Shown here piece after piece: positions 1 to 12,300 of a DNA stretch of 64,000 bases (the stretch's first letter is position 1; each line of letters begins with the position of its first letter). Made by a program: the position numbers and the translations under genes. Where the stretch lies: the NCBI RefSeq assembly GCF_030144855.1, contig NW_026778917.1, positions 310,001 through 374,000 on the forward strand, in the 5' to 3' direction. The stretch is from Hypanus sabinus (taxonomy: Eukaryota). The notes under the pieces were generated by a model, which worked only from the letters and a program-made list of their open reading frames with translations, made no database searches and was not told the origin of the DNA.

Positions 1-960
1 CGGGATCCCACTACCAAGCACATCTTTCCCTCCCCGCCTCTTTCTGCTTTCCGCAGGGATCGGTCCCTTCGCGACTCCCTTGTCCACTCATCCCCCCCAT
101 CCCTTCCCACCGATCTCCCTCCCGGCACTTATCCTTGTAAACAGAACAAGTGCTACACCTGCCCTTACACTTCCTCCCTCACCACCATTCAGGGCCCCAG
201 ACAGTCCTTCCAGGTGAGGCGACACTTCACCTGTGAGTCGGCTGGTGTGGTATACTGTGTCCGGTGCTCCCGGTGTGGTCTTTTATATATTGGTGAGACC
301 TGACGCAGACTGGGAGACCCTTTCGTGGAACACCTACGCTTGGTCCGCCAGAGAAAGCAGGATCTCCCAGTGGCCACACATTTTAATTCCACATCCCATT
401 CCCATTCTGATATGTCTATCCACGGCCTCCTCTACTGTCAAGAAGAAGCCACACTCAGGTTGGAGGAACAACACTTTATGGGTAGCCTCCAACCTGATGG
501 CATGAACATTGACTTCTCTAACTTCCGTTAATGCCCTTCCTCCCCCTTACCCCATCCCTGACAATATTTAGTTGTTTGTTTTTTTTCTCTCTCTCTGCCT
601 ATCACCCTGCCTGTTCTCTATCTCCCTCTGGTGCTCCCCCCCTCCCCCTTTCTCCCGAGGCCTCCCATCCCATGATCCTTTCCCTTCTCCAGCTCTGTAT
701 CACTTTCGCCAATCACCTTTCCAGCTCTCAGCTTCATCCCACCTCCTCCGGTCTTCTCCGATCATTTCGCATTTCCCCCTCCCCCCACTACTTTCAAATC
801 TCTTACTATCTTTCCTTTCAGTTAGTCCTGACGAAGGGTCTCGGCCCGAAACGTCGAAATGCTTCTTCCTGTAGATGCTGCCTGGCCTGCTGTGTTCCAC
901 CAGCATTTTGTGTGTGTTGTTGTTTGAATTTCCAGCATCTGCAGATTTCCTGGTGTTTAC
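1..960 (+). mobile_element. Penelope-like retroelement 3' part (GIY-YIG endonuclease remnant and tail)
   Basis: Translates to FTCESAGVVYCVRCSRCGLLYIGET*RRLG, a GIY-YIG motif with an in-frame stop; ends in the cctgacgaagggtctcggcccgaaacgtcg tail typical of these fish elements. Confidence 0.75.
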
Positions 961-1145
961 TCTGACTATCCACTCAGACGATGGTCACTGCGCTTGCCTC
1001 TGCCTTCCTTTAATTTGCTCTTATTAATCAATCCCTCATGTCACTGGTTAAAGCTCTGTTATGCTGCTACGACCCACTCCTGCCTGTCATCCACGAGCAG
1101 TGGACCTTGCAGGACAGAAAGCCCCACTGCTTTACTGTTACTTAC

Positions 1146-1172
1146 CGAGCTGGCTCTTCAATTCTTTGTACT
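1146..1172 (-). CDS. Butyrophilin-like gene, 27-nt cytoplasmic (heptad-type) exon; gene continues beyond window start
   Basis: Minus strand ttttctttctttcccttccag|AGTACAAAGAATTGAAGAGCCAGCTCG|gtaagt; phase 1-1; encodes EYKELKSQL. Confidence 0.8.
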
Positions 1173-1679
1173 CTGGAAGGGAAAGAAAGAAAACATACAA
1201 GGATTATATCACTTACTCGAGCTGCTAACATCTTCCACCAACAACCGCCAGCGCAAAGCCGTCAAAGATTCAGAACAGCCGCGTTTCAGGGGAAACGGCA
1301 CCAGAGCAGAGTGAAATGTCAGATCCCAGTGTCTGGCCGAATTGACCCGATGTTCGGACATTGATTTCGGCGCCAGGCCAGGCTGACACAGGTTGGGGGC
1401 CCAAGGCGAGGATCAGGCCAGTTCAGCTCTGCACTCAACTATGGACATTTAGTCCTGAACACTACTTGCATGATAGTTTTTTTTTCTCTCTGAACACTGG
1501 GTGTTCAACAGTCTTTTTTTAAAATGTTTTTCGGGGTTTCTTTGTTTCATGCCTGCCTGTTAGGAGACAACTCTCAATGCTGTGTTGTGTACTTTGATAA
1601 CAAACATACTTTGGATTTTAATAGAAAAGGGCCTAACTCGAGTGTGAAGTGATGCACTTTGGAAGGCTGAACCTGAGGG

Positions 1680-2085
1680 CAGGTTTCTTGGTGGTGTGGG
1701 GGACAGACGGATCGTCCCGAGATCGGTGTGCAAGTTATTCGGATGGTTAAGGTGGAGTACAGTGTGTTGACCTTCACTAGTCAGGGGACTGAGTTAAAGA
1801 GCCGCGAGGTAACGTTGCAGCTCTGTAAAACCCTGGTTAGACCAGACGGAATATCGCGCTCAGTTCTGGGAAGGACGTGGAAGCTTCAGAGAGGTGCCGA
1901 GGAGATTTCCCAGGATGCTGGCTGGATTACAAGGATAGGTTGAGAGAGCCAAGGCTTTTATCTTTGGAACGAAGGAGGATGAGGGGTGATTTGTTGGATG
2001 TGTGCCAGATGAGGAGGCCGCGACTATGTGGCCAGCCAGAGGCGTTTTCTCCACTGTGGCAATGGACAAAATGAGACAGGGGACG
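1680..2085 (+). mobile_element. Degenerate CR1 LINE 3' fragment
   Basis: Remnants of the CR1 RT C-terminus (LQLCKTLVRP; SLERRRMRGDL). Confidence 0.7.
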
Positions 2086-2124
2086 TCAGAAAATTTGTTT
2101 TCCTTCCCCCACAGAAAGTGGTGA

Positions 2125-4790
2125 GTGTGTAGAACAGCCGGCTGGGGTGGCAGTGGGGGCGGGAACAGCGCTGTGGAGGTGGGGACGGGAACGTCGCTGG
2201 GGGGGTGGCGGTGGGGACGGGAACGTCGCCGAGGGGGTGGCGGTGGGGACGGGAACTTCGCGGAGGTGGTGGCGGTGGGGACGGGAACGTTGCTGAGGGG
2301 GTGGCAGTGGGAACGGGAACGTCGCTGAGGGGGTGGCGCTGGGGACGGGAACGTTGCGGAGGTGGTGGCAGTGGGGTCGGGAACGTCGCTGAGGGGGTGG
2401 CGGTGGGGGCGGGAATGTCGCGGAGGTTGTGGTGGGGGGCGGGAACGTCGCTGGGGGGGGTGGGGGTGGGGACGGGAACGTCGCCGAGGGGGTGGCGGTG
2501 GGGACGGGAACATCGCCGAGGGGGGTGGCGGTGGGGACGGGAATGTCGCGGAGGTGGTGGTGGGGGGCGGGGAACGTCGCTGGGGGGGGGTGGGGGTGGG
2601 GACGGGAACGTCGCGGAGGTGGTGGTGGGGACGGGAATGTCGCGGAGGGGGGTGGCGGTGGGGACGGGAATGTCGCCGAGGGGGTGGCGGTGGGGACGGG
2701 AACGTCGCTGGGGTGGTGGCGGTGGGGACGGTAACTTCGCGGAGGTGGTGGCGGTGGGAACGGGAACGTCGCTGGGGGAGGTGGTGGCGGTGGGAACGGG
2801 AACGTCGCTGAGGGGGTGGGGGTGGGGGCGGGAACGTCGCCGAGGGGGTGGCGGTGGGGGCGGGAACGTCGCCGAGGGGGTGGCGGTGGGGGCGGGAACG
2901 TCGCCGAGGGGGTGGTGGTGGGGGCAGGAACGTCGCCGAGGGGGTGGCGGTGGGGACGGGAACGTCGCCGAGGGGGTGGTGGTGGGGACGGGAATGTCGC
3001 GGAGGGGGGTGGCGGTGGGGGCGGGAATGTCGCGGAGGTGGTGGTGGGGGCGGGAATGTCGCGGAGGTGGTGGTGGGGGCGGGAACGTCGCCGAGGGGGT
3101 GGCAGTGGGGACGGGAACGTCGCTGAGGGGGTGGCGGTGGGGGCGGGAATGTCGCGGAGGTGGTGGTGGGGGCGGGAACGTCGCTGGGGGGGTGGGGGTG
3201 GGGACGGGAACGTCGCGGAGGTGGTGGCGGTGGGGACGGGAATGTCGCGGAGGTGGTGGTGGGGACGGGAACGTCGCTGGGGGGGTGGGGGTGGGGATGG
3301 GAACGTCGCTGAGGGGGTGGGGGTGGGGACGGGAACGTCGCTGAGGGGGTGGTGGTGGGGGCAGGAACGTCGCCGAGGGGGTGGCGGTGGGGACGGGAAT
3401 GTCGCGGAGGGGGTGGCGGTGGGAACGGGAACGTTGCGGAGGTGGTGGCGGTGGGGACGGGAACGTCGCCGAGGGGGTGGCGGTGGGGACGGGATCGTCG
3501 CTGGGGGGGTGGCAGTGGGGGCGGGAATGTCGCGGAGGTGGTGGTGGGGACGGGAACGTCGCCGAGGGGGTGGCGGTGGGGACGGGATCGTCGCTGGGGG
3601 GGTGGGGGTGGGGATGGGAACGTCGCCGAGGGGGTGGCGGTGGGGACGGGAACTTTGCTGAGGGGGGTGGCGGTGGGGACGGGAATGTCGCCAAGGGGGT
3701 GGCGGTGGGGACGGGAATGTCGCGGAGGTGGTGGTGGGGGCGGGAACGTCGCTGGGGGGGGGTGGGGGTGGGGACGGGAACGTCGCCGAGGGGGTGGCGG
3801 TGGGGGCGGGGAACGTCGCTGACGGGGTGGCAGTGGGAACGGAACGTCGCCGAGGGGGTGGCGGTGGGGACAGGAATGTCGCGGAGGGGGTGGCGGTGGG
3901 GACGGGAACGTCGCCGAGGGGGTGGCGGTGGGGACGGGAACGTCGCTGAGGGGGTGGTGGTGGGGGCAGGAACGTCGCCGAGGGGGTGGCGGTGGGAACG
4001 GGAACGTCGCCGAGGGGGGTGGCGGTGGGGACGGGAACGTCGCCGAGGGGGTGGCAGTGGGGACGGGAACGTCGCCGAGGGGGTGGCGGTGGGGACGGGA
4101 ATGTCTCGGAGGGGGTGGCGGTGGGGACGGGAACGTCGCCGAGGGGGGTGGCGGTGGGGGCGGGAACGTCGCTGACGGGGTGGCAGTGGGAATGGGAACG
4201 TCGCCGAGGGGGTGGCGGTGGGGACGGGAATGTCGCGGAGGGGGGTGGCGGTGGGGACGGGAATGTCGCGGAGGGGGGTGGCGGTGGGGACGGGAATGTC
4301 GCGGAGGTGGTGGTGGTGGGGACGGGAACGTTGCGGAGGGGGTGGCGGTGGGAACGGGAACGTCGCTGAGGGGGTGGCGGTGGGGACGGGGACATCGCCA
4401 AGGGGGTGGTGGTGGGGGCGGGGAACGTCGCTGGGGGGGGTGGCGGTGGGGGCGGGAATGTCGCGGAGGTGGTGGTGGGGGCGGGGAACGTCGCTGGGGG
4501 GGGTGGGGACGGGAACGTCGCTGGGGAGGTGGGGGTGGGGATGGGAACGTCGCCGAGGGGGTGGTGGGGGGCGGGAACGTCGCTGGGGAGGTGGGGGTGG
4601 GGATGGGAATGTTGCGGAGGGGGTGGCGGTGGGGACGGGAACGTCGCAGAGGTGGTGGTGGGGGCAGGAACGTCGCTGACGGGGGTGGCGGTGGGGACGG
4701 GAACATCGCTGAGGTGGTGGGGGTGGGGACGGGAACATCGCTGAGCGGGTGGGGTGGGGGTGGGGACGGGAATATTGCTGAGATTTGGGA
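2125..4790. repeat. G-rich minisatellite, ~31-33 bp unit (gagggggtggcggtggggacgggaacgtcgcc)
   Basis: Directly visible tandem array of ~80 variant units; source of the 900-aa Pro-rich ORFs. Confidence 0.97.
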
Positions 4791-4943
4791 ATGGAAGAAC
4801 AATGGAGGGCTTCATGGAAGGGAAGAGTTAGTTGGAACTTGGAGTAGTTCAAAATGTCAGCAGAACATTGCGGGCCGAAGGGCCTGACTGTTCAACAAAA
4901 ACTTTGTTTTATATCACACTGAGGAACAATTACTGTGACTTAC

Positions 4944-4970
4944 CGACAGAAGTGGGCCGCAAAAACAATT
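4944..4970 (-). CDS. Butyrophilin-like gene, 27-nt cytoplasmic exon
   Basis: Minus strand cattcctcctctcttccag|AATTGTTTTTGCGGCCCACTTCTGTCG|gtaagt; phase 1-1; encodes ELFLRPTSV. Confidence 0.8.
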
Positions 4971-5254
4971 CTGGAAGAGAGGAGGAATGTTCCTGGTTAG
5001 TAACAACTCATTTGGACCCCTCCCCACTGGCCACCCCTTCACAAACAACCATTCCCAAGCCCAGATGCAAAGCCAAGCCGTTCAGGAACATCCACGGTGT
5101 GTCCAGGCAGAATCGCCGGGTGACCAAAGCTCGTATCACACTGACAGGCCGATCATCACCTGACATTCCTGTTGCTATTGTACAGATTCGCACTCTGTGT
5201 ACGGCACCACTCACCTCCTGTCAGGAGCACAGAAAGCACTTATGTCACTGCGAC

Positions 5255-5710
5255 TTGAGGACCTGAGTTACAGGGAAAGGTTGAATAGGTCTGGACTTTA
5301 TTCCCTGGAGCGTAGGAGAATGGGGGGAGATTAGACAGAGGTATACAAAATTCGGAGTGGTATGGATAAAGTAAATGCAAGCAGGCTTTTTCCACTGAGG
5401 GTGCAAGGTGAACTGTTTAAGGGAAGCTGAGGGGGAGCCTCTTCAGTGAGAGTGTGGATCGAGGAGAAGTCTGGATGGGGACACGGATGGAAGGATCACA
5501 AAACAGGCTGGCACAGACCAGATGGGAAAGGCCATCCTGCCGTCGGTGCTGTCCTGCTCTATCACTCCGCCAAATTTTCCAATGACTCAGAATATGGAAG
5601 TGTTATCGATGGCAGGTTACAGGGCAGATCGTGATCAGTTAGCGAAGTGAGCTGAGAAGTTTCGAACGTTTCAGTAGAGGTGGTGCATTTTAAAAAGTGA
5701 AACCAACACA
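5255..5710 (+). mobile_element. Degenerate CR1 fragments preceding the 55-bp array
   Basis: LEDLSYRERLNRSGLYSLERRRMGGD-type CR1 3' remnant, then degraded RT sequence. Confidence 0.6.
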
Positions 5711-5711
5711 A

Positions 5712-8625
5712 TACAGACTATGGATGGTCAGGACGAGGGAATAGAGGGAGCTCGGAATACCGGTGGGACAGACTATGGATGGTCAGGACAAGGGAACAGA
5801 GGGAGCTCGGAATACCGGTGGGACAGACTATGGACGGACAGGACGAGGGAACAGAGGGAGCTCGGAATACCGGTGGGACAGACTATGGACGGTCAGGACG
5901 AGGAAACAGAGGGAGCTCGGAATACCGGTGGGACAGACTATGGACGGTCAGGACGAGGGAACAGAGGGAGCTCGGAATACCGGTGGGACAGACTATGGAT
6001 GGTCAGGACGAGGGAACAGAGGGAGCTCGGATTACCGGTGGGACGGACTATGGATGGTCAGGACGAGGGAACAGAGGGAGCTCGGAACACCGGTGGGACA
6101 GACTATGGACGGACAGGACGAGGGAACAGAGGGAGCTCGGAATACCGGTGGGACAGACTATGGATGGTCGGGACGAGGGAACAGAGGGAGCTCGGATTAC
6201 CGGTGGGACGGACTATGGATGGTCAGGACGAGGGAACAGAGGGAGCTCGGAACACCGGTGGGACAGACTATGGATGGTCAGGACGAGGGAACAGAGGGTG
6301 CTCGGAATACCGGTGGGACAGACTATGGACGGTCAGGACGAGGGAACAGAGGGAGCTCGGAATACCGGTGGGACAGACTATGGACGGTCAGGACAAGGGA
6401 ACAGAGGGAGCTCGGAATACCGGTGGGACAGACTATGGATGGTCAGGACGAGGGAACAGAGGGAGCACGGAATACCGGTGGGACAGACTATGGACGGTCA
6501 GGACGAGGGAACAGAGGGAGCTCGGAACACCGGTGGGACAGACTATGGACGGTCAGGATGAGGGAACAGAGGGAGCTCGGAATACCGGTGGGACAGACTA
6601 TGGACGGTCGGGACGAGGGAACAGAGGGGGCTCGGAATACCGGTGGGACAGACTATGGACGGTCAGGACGAGGGAACAGAGGGAGCTCGGAATACCGGTG
6701 GGACAGACTATGGACGGTCGGTACGAGGGAACAGATGGAGCTCGGAATACCGGTGGGACAGACCATGGACGGTCGGTACGAGGGAACAGATGGAGCTCGG
6801 AATACCGGTGGGACAGACCATGGACGGTCAGGACGAGGGAACAGAGGGAGCTCGGAATACCGGTGGGACAGACCATGGATGGTCAGGACGAGGGAACAGA
6901 GGGAGCTCGGAATACCGGTGGGACAGACTATGGATGGTCAGGACGAGGGAACAGAGGGAGCTCGGAATACCGGTGGGACAGACTATGGATGGTCGGGACG
7001 AGGGAACAGAGGGAGCTCGGAACACCGGTGGGGCGGACTATGGATGGTCAGGACGAGGGAACAGAGGGAGCTCGGAACACCGGTGGGACAGACTATGGAC
7101 GGTCAGGACGAGGGAACAGAGGGTGCTCGGAATACCGGTGGGACAGACTATGGACGGTCAGGACGAGGGAACAGAGGGAGCTCGGAATACCGGTGGGACA
7201 GACTATGGACGGTCAGGACAAGGGAACAGAGGGAGCTCGGAATACCGGTGGGACAGACTATGGACGGTCAGGACGAGGGAACAGAGGGAGCACGGAATAC
7301 CGGTGGGACAGACTATGGACGGTCAGGACGAGGGAACAGAGGGAGCTCGGAACACCGGTGGGACAGACTATGGACGGTCAGGAGGAGGGAACAGAGGGAG
7401 CTCGGAATACCGGTGGGACAGACTATGGACGGTCGGGACGAGGGAACAGAGGGGGCTCGGAATACCGGTGGGACAGACTATGGACGGTCGGGACAAGGGA
7501 ACAGAGGGAGCTCGGAATACCGGTGGGACAGACTATGGACGGTCAGGACGAGGGAACAGAGGGAGCTCGGAATACCGGTGGGACAGACTATGGACGGTCG
7601 GGACGAGGGAACAGATGGAGCTCGGAATACCGGTGGGACAGACTATGGACGGTCGGGACGAGGGAACAGAGGGAGCTCGGAATACCGGTGGGACAGACTA
7701 TGGACGGTCGGGACGAGGGAACAGAGGGAGCTCGGAATACCGGTGGGACAGACTATGGACGGTCGGGACGAGGGAACAGATGGAGCTCGGAATACCGGTG
7801 GGACAGACCATGGACGGTCGGGACGAGGGAACAGAGGGAGCTCGGAATACCGGTGGGACAGACCATGGACGGTCAGGACGAGGGAACAGAGGGAGCTCGG
7901 AATACCGGTGGGACAGACTATGGATGGTCAGGACGAGGGAACAGAGGGAGCTCGGAATACCGGTGGGACAGACTATGGACGGTCAGGACGAGGGAACAGA
8001 GGAGCTCGGAATACCGGTGGGACAGACTATGGAGGGTCAGGACGAGGGAACAGAGGGAGCTCGGAATACCGGTGGGACAGACTATGGACGGTCAGGACGA
8101 GGGAACAGAGGGAGCTCGGAATACCGGTGGGACAGACTATGGACGGTCAGGACGAGGGAACAGAGGGAGCTCGGAATACTGGTGGGACAGACTATGGATG
8201 GTCAGGATGAGGGAACAGAGGGAGCTCGGAATACCGGTGGGACAGACTATGGATGGTCAGGATGAGGGAACAGAGGGAGCTCGGAATACCGGTGGGACAG
8301 ACTATGGATGGTCAGGATGAGGGAACAGAGGGAGCTCGGAATACCGGTGGGACAGACTATGGATGGTCAGGATGAGGGAACAGAGGGAGCTCGGAATACC
8401 GGTGGGACAGACTATGGATGGTCAGGATGAGGGAACAGAGGGAGCTCGGAATACCGGTGGGACAGACTATGGATGGTCAGGACGAGGGAACAGAGGGAGC
8501 TCGGAATACCGGTGGGACAGACTATGGATGGTCAGGACTAGGGAACAGAGGGAGCTCGGAATACCAGTGGGACAGACTATGGACGGTCGGGACGAGGGAA
8601 CAGAGGGAGCTCGGAATACCAGTGG
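5712..8625. repeat. Homogeneous 55-bp minisatellite, ~53 copies
   Basis: Unit gggacagactatggacggtcaggacgagggaacagagggagctcggaataccggt repeated head-to-tail without spacers. Confidence 0.98.
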
Positions 8626-9040
8626 TTATAAGAATGATGTGGTTAAACTGCAAAGAGCCCAGGAAAGATTTATATGGATGCTGCCAGGACTGGAGGGACT
8701 GCAATACAGTGGGAGATTGTTTCCCTACGTTCTCTATACTGCACAGAGCAGCTCTTTATTCCTTGCAACGCAGAAGAGTGAGAGGCTTCCTGATAGAAAT
8801 GTTTAAAAAGATGAGAGATGGAAGGAAACTGCCTTTTCCCCAGGTTAGGGGAGTTGGTTTAGGGTGAGAAGGGGAGATTCAAAAGGGACCTGAGGGGTAA
8901 CTTTTTCCTGCAGACGATACTGAGATGGTTGGGGTATGGAATGAGCTGCTGGATGAAGTGGTTGAGGTCGGTACAGACGCACTTGGATAGGTACATGGAG
9001 GGATACTGGGACTGCTGGGTGGGCACCATGGTCTGTATGG
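8626..9040 (+). mobile_element. CR1 LINE 3' fragment
   Basis: YKNDVVKLQRAQERFIWMLPGLEGL..., continuing into CR1 3' UTR-like sequence. Confidence 0.7.
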
Positions 9041-9700
9041 ACTGGGGATAGGCCGAGTGTCCACCAGGACCTCGTGCTTTCCCGGCATAACTGATGAATA
9101 AACTCTTCTCGGGCTTCCAGCCAAGCAAAGGAATCGATTACGAACAACGTTTCGATGACAAACTCTGCTATCTTCATCGGGGATGATGCCTGGGCAAGTC
9201 CAGTCTGCTGGTATTTATACCCCTGTATTCCGTCCCTCCTGATTGGTTAGTCCTCATCCAATCAGGTTTCTGCTCTCCCAACTCATTTCAATCAAATTCC
9301 AGTTCCTACTCAGAGTGGGAGTCAGGTCTGGCATTTGCAGGATTCCCTGTGGATGCAGAGCAGGATGCCAGCAGCAAGGAGCACAGCAGGTCTATCCGTT
9401 TGGGTTAACCAGAGAAACTGGTGGTGGCAGAACACTGCATTTGCAATGGCCAAGGATTGACAACTGCGACACAAAACTACAGTGCTGCGCCAGAGTGGCT
9501 TTTGGCATGGCCTGGTAAAGGAGGCCATTGAAATAATCCAGACTGGGAGCCCGAGAAGACCCTACTCAGCCTGTGACCATGTCGTTCTTCACGATGACTC
9601 TAAAAGTCCAGGAGGAAATGTTGTCCACCCCGGCCACAGAGAGAACTGGAAATCTAACTCCGAAATTTTAGGAGGGATGGGGTCCAAAGACATCTTGCTT
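9040..9700. mobile_element. Penelope-like remnant (inverted tail plus GIY-YIG segment)
   Basis: Plus strand reads SKEHSRSIRLG...VVAEHCICNG...GFWHGLVKEAIEI; the acgtttcgatgac...cttcatc tail is in opposite orientation. Confidence 0.55.
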
Positions 9701-9768
9701 AGATGAGCTTGGTCAGCACAGGCGAGTCAGGCCTGTAATATGTGGTGAGGTCCCCCACGAACACACAC

Positions 9769-9897
9769 CTTTCATCAGCTGGTCTCGGTGACGTTTTCTC
9801 ATCCAGAAGATGACAAATGCACAAATAACAGCCAAGAGGACCAAGAGGATGAACAGGAAACCCCACAGCCAGCCCGACGTCCTGGGGAAGAAGGCAT
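9769..9897 (-). CDS. Butyrophilin-like gene, transmembrane exon (129 nt)
   Basis: ctctgctctcttccctgcag|ATGCC...ATGAAAG|gtgtgt; phase 1-1; DAFFPRTSGWLWGFLFILLVLLAVICAFVIFWMRKRHRDQLMK (hydrophobic span plus basic stop-transfer). Not in the supplied ORF track. Confidence 0.92.
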
Positions 9898-10449
9898 CTG
9901 CAGGGAAGAGAGCAGAGGAGAGGCCAGTCAGTGATCAGTCCCACCACAATCCAGTGCACCCTCGTGCCTCACTAGTTATCACAGAGAAAGGAGAATGTCT
10001 GAGACAGCAGGTGGGGGGTGGGGATTGGGGAGTGTCAGGAGGACTTCAGATGGGGTGTGATATCAGGATGGCGCACATTCCACATCATCCCTTATCTTCA
10101 ACAATGAGCCAAACAGGCTGAAAGCAAAACAGCAGCTCTTCAAGAGCATACAGCATAATACCTACAGCATACCAGTAAAGATGTGAACCAGGGCATTTTC
10201 CACACTGTGATAAAGTTCCAAAAAACAAATCATCGTGGCAAGAACAGTCGGCAAAGGTAGATAAGTTCTCAATCAGTAAGGGGCTCAAAGGTAAAAAAAC
10301 AGGGAAAAACAGGAGAATGGGATTGTGATGGAAAATAGAGGTAGTTAGGGGTGGGCATGTTACATTGGCACTGGAAGCGTTACAACACTTGCAGGTTGCC
10401 CCCAGCACACCATTGGATTGTGTTGGTTATTGACACCAACAATGCATTT

Positions 10450-12300
10450 CCATAAGACCATAGATATAGGAGCAGAATTAGGGCATCTGGCTCATCGAGT
10501 CTGCTCCGCCATTCAATCATGGCTGATCCCTTTTTTTCTATCTCCTCCTCAATCAGTTCTTGGCCAGTCCCCGGCCTTCTCCCCATAACCTTTGATGCCA
10601 TGTCCAATGAAGAACCTATCAATCTCTGCCTTAAATACACCCAACAACCTGGCCTCCAAAGCCGCCTGTGGCAAGAAATTCCACAAATTCACCACCCTTT
10701 GGCTAAAGGAATTTCTCTGCATCTCTGTTTTGAAAGGGCACCCCTCTATCCTGAGGCTGTGTCCTATTGTCCTAGACTCTCTCACCTTGGGAAACATCCT
10801 TTCCACATCTACTCTGAATGGACCTCTCAACATTTGAAAGGATTCAATGAGATCCTAACACCCCCCCCCCCCCCACATCCTCCTGAATTACAGCAAGTAC
10901 AGACCCAGAGCCATCAAACATTCCTCGTATAATAACCCTTTCATTCCTGGAATCATCCTTGTGAACCTCCTCTGGACCCTCTTCAATGCCAACACATCTT
11001 TTCTAAGATGAGGGGCCCAAAACCATTCACAATACTCAAGGTGAGGCCTCACCAGTGCCTTATAAAGCCTCAGCATCACATCCCTGCTCTTGTATTCTAG
11101 ACCTCTTGAAATGAATGCTAACGTGGCATTTGCCTTTGTCACCACCAACTCAACCTGCAAGTTAACCTTTAGAGTGTTCTGCACAAAACTCCCAGGTCCC
11201 TCTGCATCTCAGATTCCTGGATTTTCTCCCTGTTTAGAAAATAGTCTGCACATTTATTTCTTCCACCAAAGTGCATGGCCATGCATTTTCCAACATTGTA
11301 CTTCACTTGCACTTTCTTGCCCATTCGCAAATCTGTCCAAGTCCTGCAGCCTACCTGTTTCCTCAGCACTACCTGTTTCCTCCATCAATCTTCGTATCAT
11401 CTGCAAATTTGGCAACATCTATGCCATTATCGAAATCGTTTCTATACAGCAGAAAAAGAAATGGTCCCAACACTGACCCCTGTGGAACACCACTAGTCAC
11501 TGGCAACCAACCAGAAAAGGATCCTTTTATTCCCACTCACTGCTCCTACCAATTAGCCAATGCTCGAACCATGTTACTAACTTTCCTGTAATACCGTGGG
11601 CTCTTAACTTGGGAAGCAGCCTCATGTGTGACACTTTGCCAAATGCCTTCTGAAAGTTCAAATATAAAACATCCACTGCATCTCCTTTATCTATCTGACT
11701 TGTAATCTCCTCAAAGAATTCTAACAGGTTCGTCAGGCAGGAAACCATGCTGACTTTGTCCTATTTTGTTCTGTGTCACCAAGTACTTCATCACCTCATC
11801 CTCAACAGTTGACTCCAACATCTTCCCAATCACTGAGGTCAGACGAACTGGCCTATAATTTCCTTTCTGCTGCCTTCCTCCTTTCTGAAAGAATGGAGTA
11901 ACAGTTGCAACTTTCCAGTCATCTGGCACCATGCCACAGTCCAATGATTTTTGAAAAATCATTTCTAAAGCTGCCAGAATCTGCAACGTTACCTCTTTCA
12001 GAACCCAAGGGTGCAGTTCATCATGTCCGGGTGACTTACATACCGTTAGATCTTTCAGCTTTTGAGCACCTTCTCTCTTGTAATAGTGATTGCACCCACT
12101 TCTCTTCCTTCACACTCTACAACATCAGGCACACTGTTGGTGTCTTCCACAGTGAAGACTGATGCAAAATAGTCATTTAGTTTAACTGCCATCTCCTTGT
12201 CCACCATTATTATTTCTCCTGCCTCATTTTCTAGTGGTCCTATATCCACTCTCATTTCTCTTTTATTTTTAAACATACTTGGAAAATACTTTTACTATCT
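10450..12300 (-). mobile_element. CR1 LINE ORF2 (RT) fragment, frameshifted
   Basis: SCLTNLLEFFEEIT, LYKALVRPHLEYC, KGNYRPVRLTSVIGKMLES motifs. Confidence 0.9.

Noticed and set aside
1860-4887. 900+ aa Pro/Arg- or Gly-rich ORFs (extensin-like)
   Set aside because: Open in several frames on both strands because the repeat unit lacks stops; they lie in an intron.
5720-8320. 866/815/540-aa repetitive ORFs, and a CRISPR-like look
   Set aside because: The 55-bp unit cycles through all three frames; there are no unique spacers, and the context is eukaryotic.
9322-9528. Hydrophobic LLAAGILLCI as an alternative TM exon
   Set aside because: It is the antisense of a Penelope GIY-YIG remnant; a much better TM exon exists at 9769-9897.
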